A DNA stretch of 64,000 bases from an uncultured virus (IMG/VR IMGVR_UViG_3300034103_001223) (IMGVR_UViG_3300034103_001223), one strand, 5' to 3'. Shown: positions 18,575 through 27,845, numbered from the stretch's first letter. The notes: generated by a model from the letters alone, not told the origin. A program made the numbers and translations.

Positions 18575-18832
18575 TCACTTGGAAGCCTTCCGCACACGCT
18601 GCCGCTTTGGAATGCAAACCAAGGAGGAGGTTAGTTCAGGCGCGTATTGTTTGCTTGCCCCCATAAAATAGACGCCTGGAACACTGGCCAAGAGCTTGGC
18701 CCGCGTCTCCCCTGAGAGGGTGTCGCCTTTGTAGTAATCCGCAACCTTGCGGTTGCCTTCGCTGATAGTGCCGAATTCATACCAGCGGAACCCAGCGGCT
18801 TCAAGTGCTTGCATAAGGCTGAAGGTGTTCAC
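18575..18832 (-). CDS. Hypothetical protein
   Basis: GTGA-coupled ORF. Confidence 0.5.
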   Translation of the reverse strand: MNTFSLMQALEAAGFRWYEFGTISEGNRKVADYYKGDTLSGETRAKLLASVPGVYFMGASKQYAPELTSSLVCIPKRQRVRKASK

Positions 18833-19224
18833 AGAGAACCCCCTTTCAGATCCCACAACTCCAGATAGTCCTGCATAACCAGCTTGCGGCAATCCTCTGG
18901 CAAGTCTCCAAAAGGAATCCGCCTGCCAAGATGATTCTTGCGCCCCATCGCAGCGGGGAAGCCCCAGCGGTCAACGTCGCAAGGTTTGTTTCTGGTTTCG
19001 CCGTGCTGGCCGAAGCCTTGAGGGTGAAATGGGGCGGAGTTCATGGCGAGGTATGGCCAAACGCGATCAATCCTGGCGGAAGCGTGCCGCCCGCTGAAGA
19101 CGACGGTGTAACGGTCAATCGTCCCTTCTGGCTGGCTTGGTCCACCGTTGTCGTAACAGCGGACGTATTTAGGGACGCCTCCGGGGAGAAGGCTTTCAAG
19201 GCGCTTTTTGGTGCGTGTAGGCAT
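18829..19224 (-). CDS. Conserved-type early phage protein
   Basis: YDNGG..TIDRYTVV..PFHPQGFGQHGE..HLGRRI.FGDLP.D motif. Confidence 0.7.
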   Translation of the reverse strand: MPTRTKKRLESLLPGGVPKYVRCYDNGGPSQPEGTIDRYTVVFSGRHASARIDRVWPYLAMNSAPFHPQGFGQHGETRNKPCDVDRWGFPAAMGRKNHLGRRIPFGDLPEDCRKLVMQDYLELWDLKGGSL

Positions 19225-19237
19225 ATGGTTTGATTGG

Positions 19238-19900
19238 TTAGGCGAGTTCCCCGTCTTCCGTGAACTCGTATTCGTTGGCGATGATCGACTCGTCCACCTG
19301 CTCGTCGGAACGGGTGTATTCGTATTCCTTCTCAAGCTGCCGATAGATCCAGCGCATGAAGTCCCGCGCAGCTTCGGCAAGTTCGCTTTCCGCATCCTCC
19401 GCACGGGTGGCTTGCTCGTCCGTCAATTCGTAACCATTGCCCAAGGTGAAGTCGAATTCGACGGAGTGCTCGTGGGTGTAGCGGCCACGGTGCGCGACTT
19501 GGAATTCAGCGCAGGGGAATTCAGCGGCCAGCCTTTCAAACTCTCCCGCAATGCGCTTCACCTCCCGGCATTGCTCCGAGTCGCCGACGTGCGCGGCCAC
19601 TGCCCTTGGCTTCACGTTGCAAGCGTGCCAGTCACCTTCAAAACAAGCCCCGTCACCCTGGCTCCAAAAGCCGGACCAGTAGATTGCAGGCTCCTGACGT
19701 GTGCCGCCACCCATTAGCCGAACGCAACGCTTCCGCAGATCAATTCCCATCAGGTCCGCGATTGCGGCCGCGTCCTCAATAACGGACTCCGCGAAGAAGT
19801 TATCCCCGTCCAGTCCCCGCCGATACCATTCGCGGGCTCGCTCTTTGGCAGCGTCACCTAGTTCGGTGAACTCAAAAACCGTCGTTTCGATTGTTCTCAT
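19238..19900 (-). CDS. Acidic early phage/plasmid protein
   Basis: F.ELGDAAKERAR.W, IYWSGFWSQGDGACFEG and NEYEFTEDG. Confidence 0.75.
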   Translation of the reverse strand: MRTIETTVFEFTELGDAAKERAREWYRRGLDGDNFFAESVIEDAAAIADLMGIDLRKRCVRLMGGGTRQEPAIYWSGFWSQGDGACFEGDWHACNVKPRAVAAHVGDSEQCREVKRIAGEFERLAAEFPCAEFQVAHRGRYTHEHSVEFDFTLGNGYELTDEQATRAEDAESELAEAARDFMRWIYRQLEKEYEYTRSDEQVDESIIANEYEFTEDGELA

Positions 19901-19995
19901 AGTTTTTCCTTCAATTTGCCCGCACAGAATAGCGCGGGGAGCGGTATCCCGCCCGGTGAACCGCAGGCGACTGCGCCCCGGCTCAACGGGAGGGA

Positions 19996-20178
19996 CTACT
20001 GCGCGGTGAACTCCATCTTGGTACCCTTTCGGATTTGCGCTGGTGTCCGGCTTGAATTGAACGCTTCGCAGCGTCGCCTTGCCTCGTCCAGAGTTAGACC
20101 GTAGGCATCAGAAATCTTCCGCGCCCTGGCAAAGGTTTTCCAGTTGGTAGCGTTGCGCCTAAATGTTTTGAAAAGCAT
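19996..20178 (-). CDS. Small basic hypothetical protein
   Basis: ATG ORF within the block. Confidence 0.5.
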   Translation of the reverse strand: MLFKTFRRNATNWKTFARARKISDAYGLTLDEARRRCEAFNSSRTPAQIRKGTKMEFTAQ

Positions 20179-20189
20179 AGATCAAAAGG

Positions 20190-20660
20190 TTAGATCCAAC
20201 GATGCTTCAAGGCATAACCGCCGTCGGTATCCCGTCCAGACGTGTCGCCATTACGCCCCACGCCGTCAACCTTGAATCCGTCGGGGTAAAGGGACCGGGA
20301 CAAGCAATAGACAAGGTGCCAGCCCATATCCATTCCACAGCCGCCGACAATAACCCCGCCGTCCCTTTCGTGCCGCCGATAGTCCAGAGCCGTCGCCACC
20401 CACCCCGACACGTCCAAAATGCCGCATTCCTTGTCAGGAATCAGCACAGAGATCCGCCGCGACATTCCAGAGCCGGAGACGTGGCGCAGAATGGTGAAGG
20501 CGGTGCTCCCTACGGGTAGCAACTTCCGCAGCTTCTCCCGCGCTTGTTCCCGATACGCTTCCTTGCCAGCTTTGGCCGACATGGGCTTTGCCTCGGTCCA
20601 GATTTCAGGGGAATCGGTTTGAATGACCGTCCCATCTGTCAGCTGCATATACTTTGCCAT
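20190..20660 (-). CDS. Conserved-type early phage protein
   Basis: LRHVSGSGMSRRI and GCGMDMG.HLVY motifs. Confidence 0.7.
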   Translation of the reverse strand: MAKYMQLTDGTVIQTDSPEIWTEAKPMSAKAGKEAYREQAREKLRKLLPVGSTAFTILRHVSGSGMSRRISVLIPDKECGILDVSGWVATALDYRRHERDGGVIVGGCGMDMGWHLVYCLSRSLYPDGFKVDGVGRNGDTSGRDTDGGYALKHRWI

Positions 20661-20758
20661 AACTTTGCCCTTTATTTTGACCGTCTCGCGGTTACTGGCC
20701 GCGCTTGCGCTTGATTGCGCCTCCCGCCCTCCCCAGAAGGGAAGGGCGGACGGGGGAA

Positions 20759-21304
20759 TCAAGAAAGATGAAGCCGCCCATCGTCGCCCGCGTAGACATC
20801 GCACCCGCCAAACGTCTTGGCCGCTTTCGTCAGCGTGTCCGCCATCGGTTCCGGCCAGTCTCCGTCCCAAAAGCCAGCCCCGTGGCCGTTCCTAGTAAGC
20901 CAGAAATCATGGCCAGCCCGGCCAAGTGCCCCGAAATCAGGACCAAAGCGCACTTCCCCGGTGTTAATGGCTTCCTGGATTGTCTCCCCCTGCTCAGCTT
21001 CAAAGCGCGCACAGTCGGCCAGCATCCTTGTCAATGCCTCCGGGGAAAGATCCTCCTCGTCATAATTGTCGTCCATTGGCTCGGGTCGCGCCTCCCGCAC
21101 CCCGCACCCCGGCGCGTCGCACATCGGCTCTTGATCAAAGTCCTCCTCCGGCAGCTTGCAAAGCAAAGCCTCCCGCCCACAGCAAGGGCAGACGCCAAAG
21201 GGATACCCCGTCGAACTCCAAAGAGCAGAACGCACATAAGCACGGGCAAATTCCCCCGCCTCCCGTATCCGCTCCGTCACAGTTTTCTCAAGTGTCGCGA
21301 TCAT
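20759..21304 (-). CDS. Conserved-type early phage protein
   Basis: GHDFWLTRNGHGAGFWDGDW motif; GGAAAAACT leader. Confidence 0.7.
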   Translation of the reverse strand: MIATLEKTVTERIREAGEFARAYVRSALWSSTGYPFGVCPCCGREALLCKLPEEDFDQEPMCDAPGCGVREARPEPMDDNYDEEDLSPEALTRMLADCARFEAEQGETIQEAINTGEVRFGPDFGALGRAGHDFWLTRNGHGAGFWDGDWPEPMADTLTKAAKTFGGCDVYAGDDGRLHLS

Positions 21305-21334
21305 AGTTTTTCCAATAGTTTCCCCCGGTAAAGC

Positions 21335-21496
21335 CTACCGGAAAGCCAAGCGCTCTAATGCGCCCGCTCCTACCCCCGAAATCCCCATTGAATCACGATG
21401 CACCCAAAGAGGCCCGAACCCGTCGTCATAAATAGGAAGCTCCCTGCCAAACTGATTTACCACACGCACAAGTCGCTGATCGTCTGCAATCTTCAT
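21335..21496 (-). CDS. First small gene of the early block
   Basis: GGAAGGG upstream of ATG; 53 aa. Confidence 0.45.
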   Translation of the reverse strand: MKIADDQRLVRVVNQFGRELPIYDDGFGPLWVHRDSMGISGVGAGALERLAFR

Positions 21497-21545
21497 TTTA
21501 CCCTTCCCGTGAGCCCGGCTTACTGGGCCGCGCTCAACTGCAAAC

Positions 21546-21573
21546 ACCTTACCAGCCCGCAAAGGAATTTCAA
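21546..21573 (-). promoter_or_regulatory. Sigma70-like promoter of the early block
   Basis: TTGAAA-N16-TAAGGT with TG extension. Confidence 0.55.
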
Positions 21574-21756
21574 CAATTTTCTTCGCATTGCAATGCATTG
21601 CATGCTAGACACTTAGGAAAATACGCGCAAAAAAGCTGAAAATAGTTTTTGCGGATTTGACTGCAAACTAGCCCGCGCACGGATACCTTGCGCGGTATGC
21701 GCGAAAGTGAAACGGAAGGGGAACACTGTGGGGAGTGGTCTTCTTGAAATACCACA

Positions 21757-22275
21757 ATGGAAGACTACAGAGTTAGGGAAGGGGTAAGCGTGTCAGGCTT
21801 TCCAGCCAGCCACCAATCAAAGCTGATTTCTAAGCTCAATGCTTTCAATCCTAAGCAACTTACTTATCTTTCCGTAATCCGCCCCCCGGAGAGCACCCTT
21901 TGGAAGTGGGTTGAAGAGCTGCGCCAGAAGGTTGGGATTGTCGGGCTCGTCGCCTTAGGAATCCCCCACGGGATAGCCAAGGGCGGGAGCGGCTTCAGGT
22001 ATGGGACGGACGCTCGCCTGGTGTTCTACCTTTGGAGCGCTCTTTACTGCCCTTCCAACCTGAGCAATGCCTTTCATTTGGCCTCTTGGGGAAGGTTTAA
22101 CCCAGCAATGCCCAAAGACTACCAGGAAGCCGCCGAAAGGATACTCTCCCGCAAGAGCGGCCCCCGCAGAGCCCGCCTAGCAGGGAAGCCCTACAAGCCA
22201 TTTAGGAAGCCGTGGCAGGGGAAGACACCCCGGCGCAAGATCTACATCACCCCGCCCTCCCTGCCGCTCCTGTAG
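21757..22275 (+). CDS. Hypothetical basic protein
   Basis: Isolated ATG ORF next to the G/C-skewed junction. Confidence 0.45.
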   Translation: MEDYRVREGVSVSGFPASHQSKLISKLNAFNPKQLTYLSVIRPPESTLWKWVEELRQKVGIVGLVALGIPHGIAKGGSGFRYGTDARLVFYLWSALYCPSNLSNAFHLASWGRFNPAMPKDYQEAAERILSRKSGPRRARLAGKPYKPFRKPWQGKTPRRKIYITPPSLPLL

Positions 22276-22959
22276 GGGCATTCTGGCAAGGGGTAGGCTG
22301 GGCGGAGTGGCTGGAAGGGTGCGCGGGAGGGGTGGCCGGGAGGGGAGCCAGGCGGGAGGGCGAGGGTAGGGGGTGGGTTTTGGGGACCGCCCCCTATGCG
22401 CGTGTCAGACTAGTATAGTGGTTTTCTCTCTTACGGGCACTCCCCCAAAAAACGACTTTTCCAGTCCTTCCCTTTTAGCCATCTCCCCTGACCTTCCCTT
22501 CAAGCTCACTTTCCCCACCTCACCATCCCCACCACCCTTTTAGCTGGTTCCTCCCCCTCGCACGCCTTCAGGAGTCCTTTCTTGTCCGCCCCTGTGAAAC
22601 GCTCCCAAATGAGCCTTTTGATGGATTTCCTAATGAAACGCTGTTTTCGGTCTTCCAATGCCTATTCAGCCACCTGTCCGCCCCTGTGAATGCGGACTTG
22701 ACCATTTTTCCTATCTGGTTTCTGCTGTTTGGATGGCTGATGAAGCGATACAGATGGATGCACCGGACGAGGTTTTTGCTTCAGGGAGTGGTCGCAGGCC
22801 GCGCCCTAGGGGTGGGAACCGTAAAGCTCAAGCTGCTAGGTATCACCTGAAGAACCGGGTTCGGAGGCGTGCTTACTGGAAGCTGTATCAGGCAGCGAGG
22901 AGGGCGGCGGCGAGGGTGGGGATTTCTGAGGACATTTGAATCCCCACCCTGCTGGAGGA

Positions 22960-23373
22960 CTACTCCTCGACTCCACAAGGGAGCCAGGTTTTGCCTTGGT
23001 CAGTGGAGTGCTGGAAGTTTTCAAGGAGGTGTGTTGGGCTTATTTTGCAGAAGCCGTCGCTGTCCACCTGCACTGCCATGCCGCTTACGCAGGCCACGAT
23101 GAGGCTGTAATCGAGGTTTCCCTTGTCGCAAATCCACGCTCCCAAGGGAAGCTCTTCAGGTTTCCACGGGCGGAGATGTTTGGTGGTGGCGATGCGGAAT
23201 CGTGCTGGGTTTTCGGTTTGGTGTGGCGGGTTGATGGATTTCGCCCACTCATCGGAAAACTGGTTAAACCATTCCAGCTTCCCCTCCCAGAAGGCTTCTA
23301 CATGCTTCAGGTGGAGGTCTTTGGTGTAGCTGGCGGGGAGGTGTGAGGTAAGGTTTTCGTCGGTGGGGTTCAT
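22960..23373 (-). CDS. Hypothetical protein
   Basis: ORF ending STDQGKTWLPCGVEE. Confidence 0.6.
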   Translation of the reverse strand: MNPTDENLTSHLPASYTKDLHLKHVEAFWEGKLEWFNQFSDEWAKSINPPHQTENPARFRIATTKHLRPWKPEELPLGAWICDKGNLDYSLIVACVSGMAVQVDSDGFCKISPTHLLENFQHSTDQGKTWLPCGVEE

Positions 23374-23384
23374 TGGGTTCTCAT

Positions 23385-23903
23385 TTATTCTCCGCACTTG
23401 GCTTTGAGCCGTTGGATCTCCTTCAGGAGCATTGGAATGACAGTGGTTGAACGGGCGATGATTTTGGCGTTGGCCTCGATTTCTTGGTGGAAGCCGCTTT
23501 TGTAGCAGTGGTTGTTGGGAGTGTGGGCGATGAACATGGTCCCGACTCGCTTGCGGTATTCCTCGGGGTTAGCTGCCATGATGCTGTATTGGTCCCGGCC
23601 ATCGTTGTTTCGGATGATGGCCCGCCATTCCCCTGGGCTTACCTTGGAGAGTATGGCTTCTAGATCGCTGATGATGATGGTGATGCTTTGCTGAGGTTCG
23701 CTCATAGCTACCTCCTTGTTCGGATGAGCTTCCTCGATCTTCTTCAGAGCTTTCATGGCGGCTTCGCTATAGGTGGGGTGGACGACGGATGGCATGGCAG
23801 CAGCGACGAGCATGAGTTCCGTAATAGCGATGTCGAGGGCTTTGCAGTGGCGCACAGCCTTGGCGTGCCTTGCCTGGAGTTCTTTACGGGTGGGGATTTT
23901 CAT
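23385..23903 (-). CDS. Hypothetical protein (Ead/Ea22-like C-terminal half)
   Basis: SPGEW..EANAKIIA..LLKEIQRLK pattern. Confidence 0.55.
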   Translation of the reverse strand: MKIPTRKELQARHAKAVRHCKALDIAITELMLVAAAMPSVVHPTYSEAAMKALKKIEEAHPNKEVAMSEPQQSITIIISDLEAILSKVSPGEWRAIIRNNDGRDQYSIMAANPEEYRKRVGTMFIAHTPNNHCYKSGFHQEIEANAKIIARSTTVIPMLLKEIQRLKAKCGE

Positions 23904-24088
23904 GGTTTCTCCTTCAAATTTTTCAGATCTTCTCTCAGCTCATCCTGTTTTTTGACGGCCCAGTGGAGCTTGTCCATGAACCAACTCAGGATGTCGTGAA
24001 TCAACATGAGCACGGCTCGATAGCAGATGCAGCAGGTGAGGCTCAGGAGGAACAGAGCTAGTAGGATGTTGATCTCATTGGTGTTCAT
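23900..24088 (-). CDS. Small membrane protein
   Basis: Hydrophobic N-terminal half; coupled ORF. Confidence 0.45.
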   Translation of the reverse strand: MNTNEINILLALFLLSLTCCICYRAVLMLIHDILSWFMDKLHWAVKKQDELREDLKNLKEKP

Positions 24089-24297
24089 TTTCTGTTAGTG
24101 GATTATCAACGTGAACCCAAAGGCGGTGATTGAGATTGAGTGGGGCCATGCAAAATCCAGGCGCACAGGCTTCCAGATGTTGCTCCACCAGCAATGGCGA
24201 AGTCCCCACTTCCAGACATGCACAAGCAGAACATGCTTCGGTTTTGATTTTATGGATTTCTCCACTCCACTCATGTAGCCATGACCCCATTGCTTGC

Positions 24298-24882
24298 TCA
24301 CCACTTCTTCCCTCCAGCAGCCATCCTGGCCGCGTGCTTGTGGTCCTCCCTTTTGGAGTTGTAGGCCATCTTCTCCTCGAAGGCTCCCTGAAGGTCGTAG
24401 CCGCCCTCTGCTGCATACTCCGCTATGCGTAGGATCAGAAGCACCAAAGCCTCGGCAACTTCTGAGTCTGGCTTGCCTTTGCGTTCCAGTTCGAGAATGC
24501 GCGAGACGTGGCTGTGAATCCCAAGCAGCCAGCAGGTGCTGCCGTAAGGGTGCTCGGGAGCGTTCTCCCGCAAGCTGATGAGGTTCTCAAACCCAGTCAC
24601 AGCGAACTTCAGCGCAGCTTTTCCGAGGTCATACTTGAATCCACCCGCGTAATCGAGGGTGCGAATGATGGCGTCAACCAGCTCCACTTCAGCCATCTTC
24701 CGATGGGGCAGCTTGTCATCGTTAAGCTCACCAGCTTCCCCATCGGCACATTCAGAAATCTCCGAGTGGATGAGCGCGAGGAGTTCGCCCTTGTTGCGCT
24801 GGATGGGGAGGCCGGTTTGAGGGTCACGCCACCAGTTGATGTTGGCGGCGTGGACGCGGGAGGAGAGGTCGTTGAGGTTCAT
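24298..24882 (-). CDS. MazG-like nucleotide pyrophosphohydrolase
   Basis: LALIHSEISE..EVELVDAIIRTLD..EEKMAYN..R. Confidence 0.75.
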   Translation of the reverse strand: MNLNDLSSRVHAANINWWRDPQTGLPIQRNKGELLALIHSEISECADGEAGELNDDKLPHRKMAEVELVDAIIRTLDYAGGFKYDLGKAALKFAVTGFENLISLRENAPEHPYGSTCWLLGIHSHVSRILELERKGKPDSEVAEALVLLILRIAEYAAEGGYDLQGAFEEKMAYNSKREDHKHAARMAAGGKKW

Positions 24883-24891
24883 GTGTGATGG

Positions 24892-25317
24892 TTATCCAAT
24901 GTGCATTCTGACTACGGTTCCTTTTCCGTCGGTGAACAGGTTGAGCCTGCTGTCGGATATGTCCTGTCCGCAGCGTGTCACATCGAAGCGATGGTGAACC
25001 CCATGCTGCCTGCATATACAGGCAGCTTCAGCAGCAAGGACTGGACTCCTCAAGGTCAGCTCTTCGCAGATAGTGGTGGCAATCCTTCGCTCGATGTCCC
25101 TTCGTAATTCCCAGTCAGATATGCTCGCTGGCTTGATATTCACCTTCTCCAAAGCCGCCGCCGGATAAATCTGCACGGAGCCTTTCTCCGTGCTGCTCTC
25201 CACAGCGTAGCCTTCGGGAGTCAACTCGGTGGAGTAGATGCCGACGACGGCACCGCTCCACTGTGAGCCTTTGGTTTTGCGAACGAGGTCGCCGAGTTTG
25301 AATTTGGGAGGATTCAT
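24892..25317 (-). CDS. DfrB (R67, type II dihydrofolate reductase)-like domain fused to a C-terminal domain
   Basis: [52 protein letters not shown] matches the R67 core, including VQIY. Confidence 0.9.
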   Translation of the reverse strand: MNPPKFKLGDLVRKTKGSQWSGAVVGIYSTELTPEGYAVESSTEKGSVQIYPAAALEKVNIKPASISDWELRRDIERRIATTICEELTLRSPVLAAEAACICRQHGVHHRFDVTRCGQDISDSRLNLFTDGKGTVVRMHIG

Positions 25318-25718
25318 AGAAGTTCTTCCGGCCATGCGGCGATGATGGCGGCTTTTTGTTTCAAGCAAACTGCGAAGCCATTGATCTCTAGCTCTTCCAC
25401 AAAATCAATCGCCGCAATCGTCGCCCTCCAGCCAGCCTCGGCTGGACCGGCGCAGGAGGCGATGAAGGCGGCGTCATTGCCAGAGGTTTCAATGCATCCC
25501 GGAAGCCCAGTTTGCGCTCCATCGCTAGACAGCCAAACGCTTCCTGCCGCGCCGATGAATGTCGTCTCGCCTGCCCACTCAAATTCCCCCTCTTCTTTTG
25601 CAGCTTTCAGGTCGTCATAAATTTGTGCAACCCACCTCCCCCGCGTCCGCTTCTCAGCCAACGCCAGCAGTTCAACGCATCGGGCGCGAATCCGTTTCAG
25701 ATGTTCCCGTCTATCCAT
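25314..25718 (-). CDS. Hypothetical protein
   Basis: [12 protein letters not shown] pattern; coupled ORF. Confidence 0.6.
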   Translation of the reverse strand: MDRREHLKRIRARCVELLALAEKRTRGRWVAQIYDDLKAAKEEGEFEWAGETTFIGAAGSVWLSSDGAQTGLPGCIETSGNDAAFIASCAGPAEAGWRATIAAIDFVEELEINGFAVCLKQKAAIIAAWPEELL

Positions 25719-25733
25719 AGCTGGTGGTTTTGG

Positions 25734-26060
25734 TTACTTCGCCGAGATGATCGCCTCAAGGTCTTTCACTGTGCGAATCTTGCGGGCTTTCTTCCAAGAA
25801 GCTGCCTTGGCTTCCATCGCATTTTTGCCGCAGTCGTTCTCCCAGATGAACCAGTTGAGCCACGCATAATCATCTCCAACCTGGATGGCAACGAGCTTGG
25901 TGTAGCTTTCAAAAAGCTGCCAGAAACGCGCCTGCACATCTCCATCAGGGTTCTTGCCAAAAAGCATTTCAATGGAATTGCAGGTGGATTCAACTTTCTT
26001 GTATTCCAACAACCACTCCGTAAGAAGTGTGATGCGTTCAGATTTTGTGAGTGCGTTCAT
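25734..26060 (-). CDS. Hypothetical protein
   Basis: WLNWFIWENDCG motif. Confidence 0.6.
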   Translation of the reverse strand: MNALTKSERITLLTEWLLEYKKVESTCNSIEMLFGKNPDGDVQARFWQLFESYTKLVAIQVGDDYAWLNWFIWENDCGKNAMEAKAASWKKARKIRTVKDLEAIISAK

Positions 26061-26351
26061 GCTGGTAGCAAGTATGTGACTAGGGGGTGGGGTTCGTCAA
26101 GGCTTTCCTCGCCTCCCTGAAAGATTTTCTTTTCAAGTCCCACGCATCGCGCTGCTTTTTGAGCTTCCCTGCGCGGCCATTCCAGAAGCGACCCCCGAGT
26201 GTTTCGTAGAAAATCGCTCTATCCAAGGAGGTGATTCTGCGGTCGGCGTGGCGGAGTTTTTTGAAGATGGCCGAGCGAGCACGACTCGAACGTGCGCTTC
26301 CCGCACTTCTGCGGGAGTTCTGTCCACCTAAACTATCACTCGGGAAGGTTG

Positions 26352-26834
26352 TCATTTACCTGCCATGATTTCCAAGTAGGTTTCCTTGGAGGTGTGGCGA
26401 CGGATGTATTTCTTGATGAAGGGACTCACAATGCTCCTGTCGGGAGCATCGGCTGCGGGAGTGGCGAAGTTCTGCCGGTTGGTGTCAATGCTCCGAAACT
26501 TCGGCGTGTATGGCTTTGAGTAGGCTTCTTCCCTTCGGGCGTTCGCAGCACTCTCCTGAGCCATCTGAGCCGTTAGCTTTTGGCTGGGCTTGTTCTTGGA
26601 TGGCCGCACAGGCGGAGCTTTACCATGCTCCCCGGCGTGGCACTTCTCGCACAGCGTTTCCAAGTCTTCAAGCAGGGTGTCCTGCGGTGTCTTGCGATAA
26701 ACCTTGTGGTGAACCTGCAATCGAACCGGCCACTCACAGCGCACGCACCTCCTTCCGTCTCGCTCAATCGCCTCTGAGCGGAGCCGATGCCAGTGCTCGG
26801 TGAGGAGGTAAAGTTGGTAGGCTTCTCGGTTCAT
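26352..26834 (-). CDS. HNH endonuclease
   Basis: YL...HW..LR..RDG..CVRC..LQVHH..Y..LETLCEKCH. Confidence 0.8.
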   Translation of the reverse strand: MNREAYQLYLLTEHWHRLRSEAIERDGRRCVRCEWPVRLQVHHKVYRKTPQDTLLEDLETLCEKCHAGEHGKAPPVRPSKNKPSQKLTAQMAQESAANARREEAYSKPYTPKFRSIDTNRQNFATPAADAPDRSIVSPFIKKYIRRHTSKETYLEIMAGK

Positions 26835-26839
26835 CGGAG

Positions 26840-27574
26840 TTAGGCGAAGTTGTTGTCCATTTTCTCGCCCAACGAGGAAACGTATTTCTTCCAGTCGTAG
26901 ATCGGAACCCAGCGGTTAGCTTTGGCTCGCCAATGATGCCATTTGTGGCGGCAGAGGTCACGATACAGGTCGGGACGGTGCGCCCCCAGCAACTCGGAAC
27001 ATTCAAAAAGCAGGAAGGCGTCGAATTCTTCTTGGCTTGGGAATTGATGCCCCTTCGGGGCAGGTAAATCCCCCAACTGCTGCTCCTTACTTTTCTTAGA
27101 AGGTTTCCAAACTGGCTCAAAAGAAAGACCATCCGGCGCAGCCGATGTCTCTTTAGTCTCTTTAGACTCCTTCTTACTACACTCCTTCTTACTAAGAGGT
27201 GGGTTTCCCACATGCGGAAAACCGACATCTGGTTTAGAGGGCGAAGATTTTTGATTTTTAAGAGCTGGCGGATTGCAGGTGTCGCTGACAATCCAGCGCC
27301 ATTCCTGAACCTTTCCATTCTCGCCCTTAATGCACTCAAGGTTGACGTAGCCAACCTCTCGCAGTTCCTTCAGCGCGGCTCTTACCGAGCAGTCTCCGTC
27401 GGTGGACTGGTTGATGAGGTCTGCCCTACGAACCTTCCATGTATAAGGCTTTCCGAGAAGGTAGCAGAGCACTCCCTTAGCCTTCCAAGAAAGGCGGTCG
27501 TCTGAAAGAATCTCGTGGGGGATGCGAGCGAAGGGGTCTTCGCGCTTACGGCTGATGTAGATGTTCTGTTCCAT
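26840..27574 (-). CDS. Second replication-initiator-like HTH protein
   Basis: FARIP.EIL.D.RLSWKAKGVL.YLL.KP..W..L....DG..SVR.ALKEL...GY. Confidence 0.7.
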   Translation of the reverse strand: MEQNIYISRKREDPFARIPHEILSDDRLSWKAKGVLCYLLGKPYTWKVRRADLINQSTDGDCSVRAALKELREVGYVNLECIKGENGKVQEWRWIVSDTCNPPALKNQKSSPSKPDVGFPHVGNPPLSKKECSKKESKETKETSAAPDGLSFEPVWKPSKKSKEQQLGDLPAPKGHQFPSQEEFDAFLLFECSELLGAHRPDLYRDLCRHKWHHWRAKANRWVPIYDWKKYVSSLGEKMDNNFA

Positions 27575-27617
27575 AAAAGAAAAGGCCCGCTCGTGTAGCG
27601 CCAAGCGGGCCTTTTCT
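27575..27617 (-). terminator. Terminator/attenuator hairpin directly before ATG 27574
   Basis: 14-bp stem AGAAAAGGCCCGCT/AGCGGGCCTTTTCT followed by TTT. Confidence 0.65.
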
Positions 27618-27659
27618 ACCGTCACCAACAAAAAACTGTGTTTGCTCTCTTCTCAGTCG

Positions 27660-27845
27660 CTACACTGAATCGAACGCCACGACCTTACTCTCGACCGGCG
27701 AACCGTCAACAAAAACTTTCGACTGATGCTTCCGGCATCGTTCCTTCCAAGCCAACCCTTCAGCCTGTTCCCTTGAGCACCCTCCATCGAACTCGTGGAT
27801 GGCGGCTCGCTCCTCTTGGATTTCTTGGCAGGTTTCGCAGGTCAC
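27660..27845 (-). CDS. Small phage protein
   Basis: EERAAIHEFDGGCSREQAE motif; GTGA-coupled to the terminase gene. Confidence 0.55.
   Translation of the reverse strand: MTCETCQEIQEERAAIHEFDGGCSREQAEGLAWKERCRKHQSKVFVDGSPVESKVVAFDSV

Noticed and set aside
22658..22939. Arg-rich plus-strand ORF
   Set aside because: Lies in compositionally skewed DNA with no motif support; not called.
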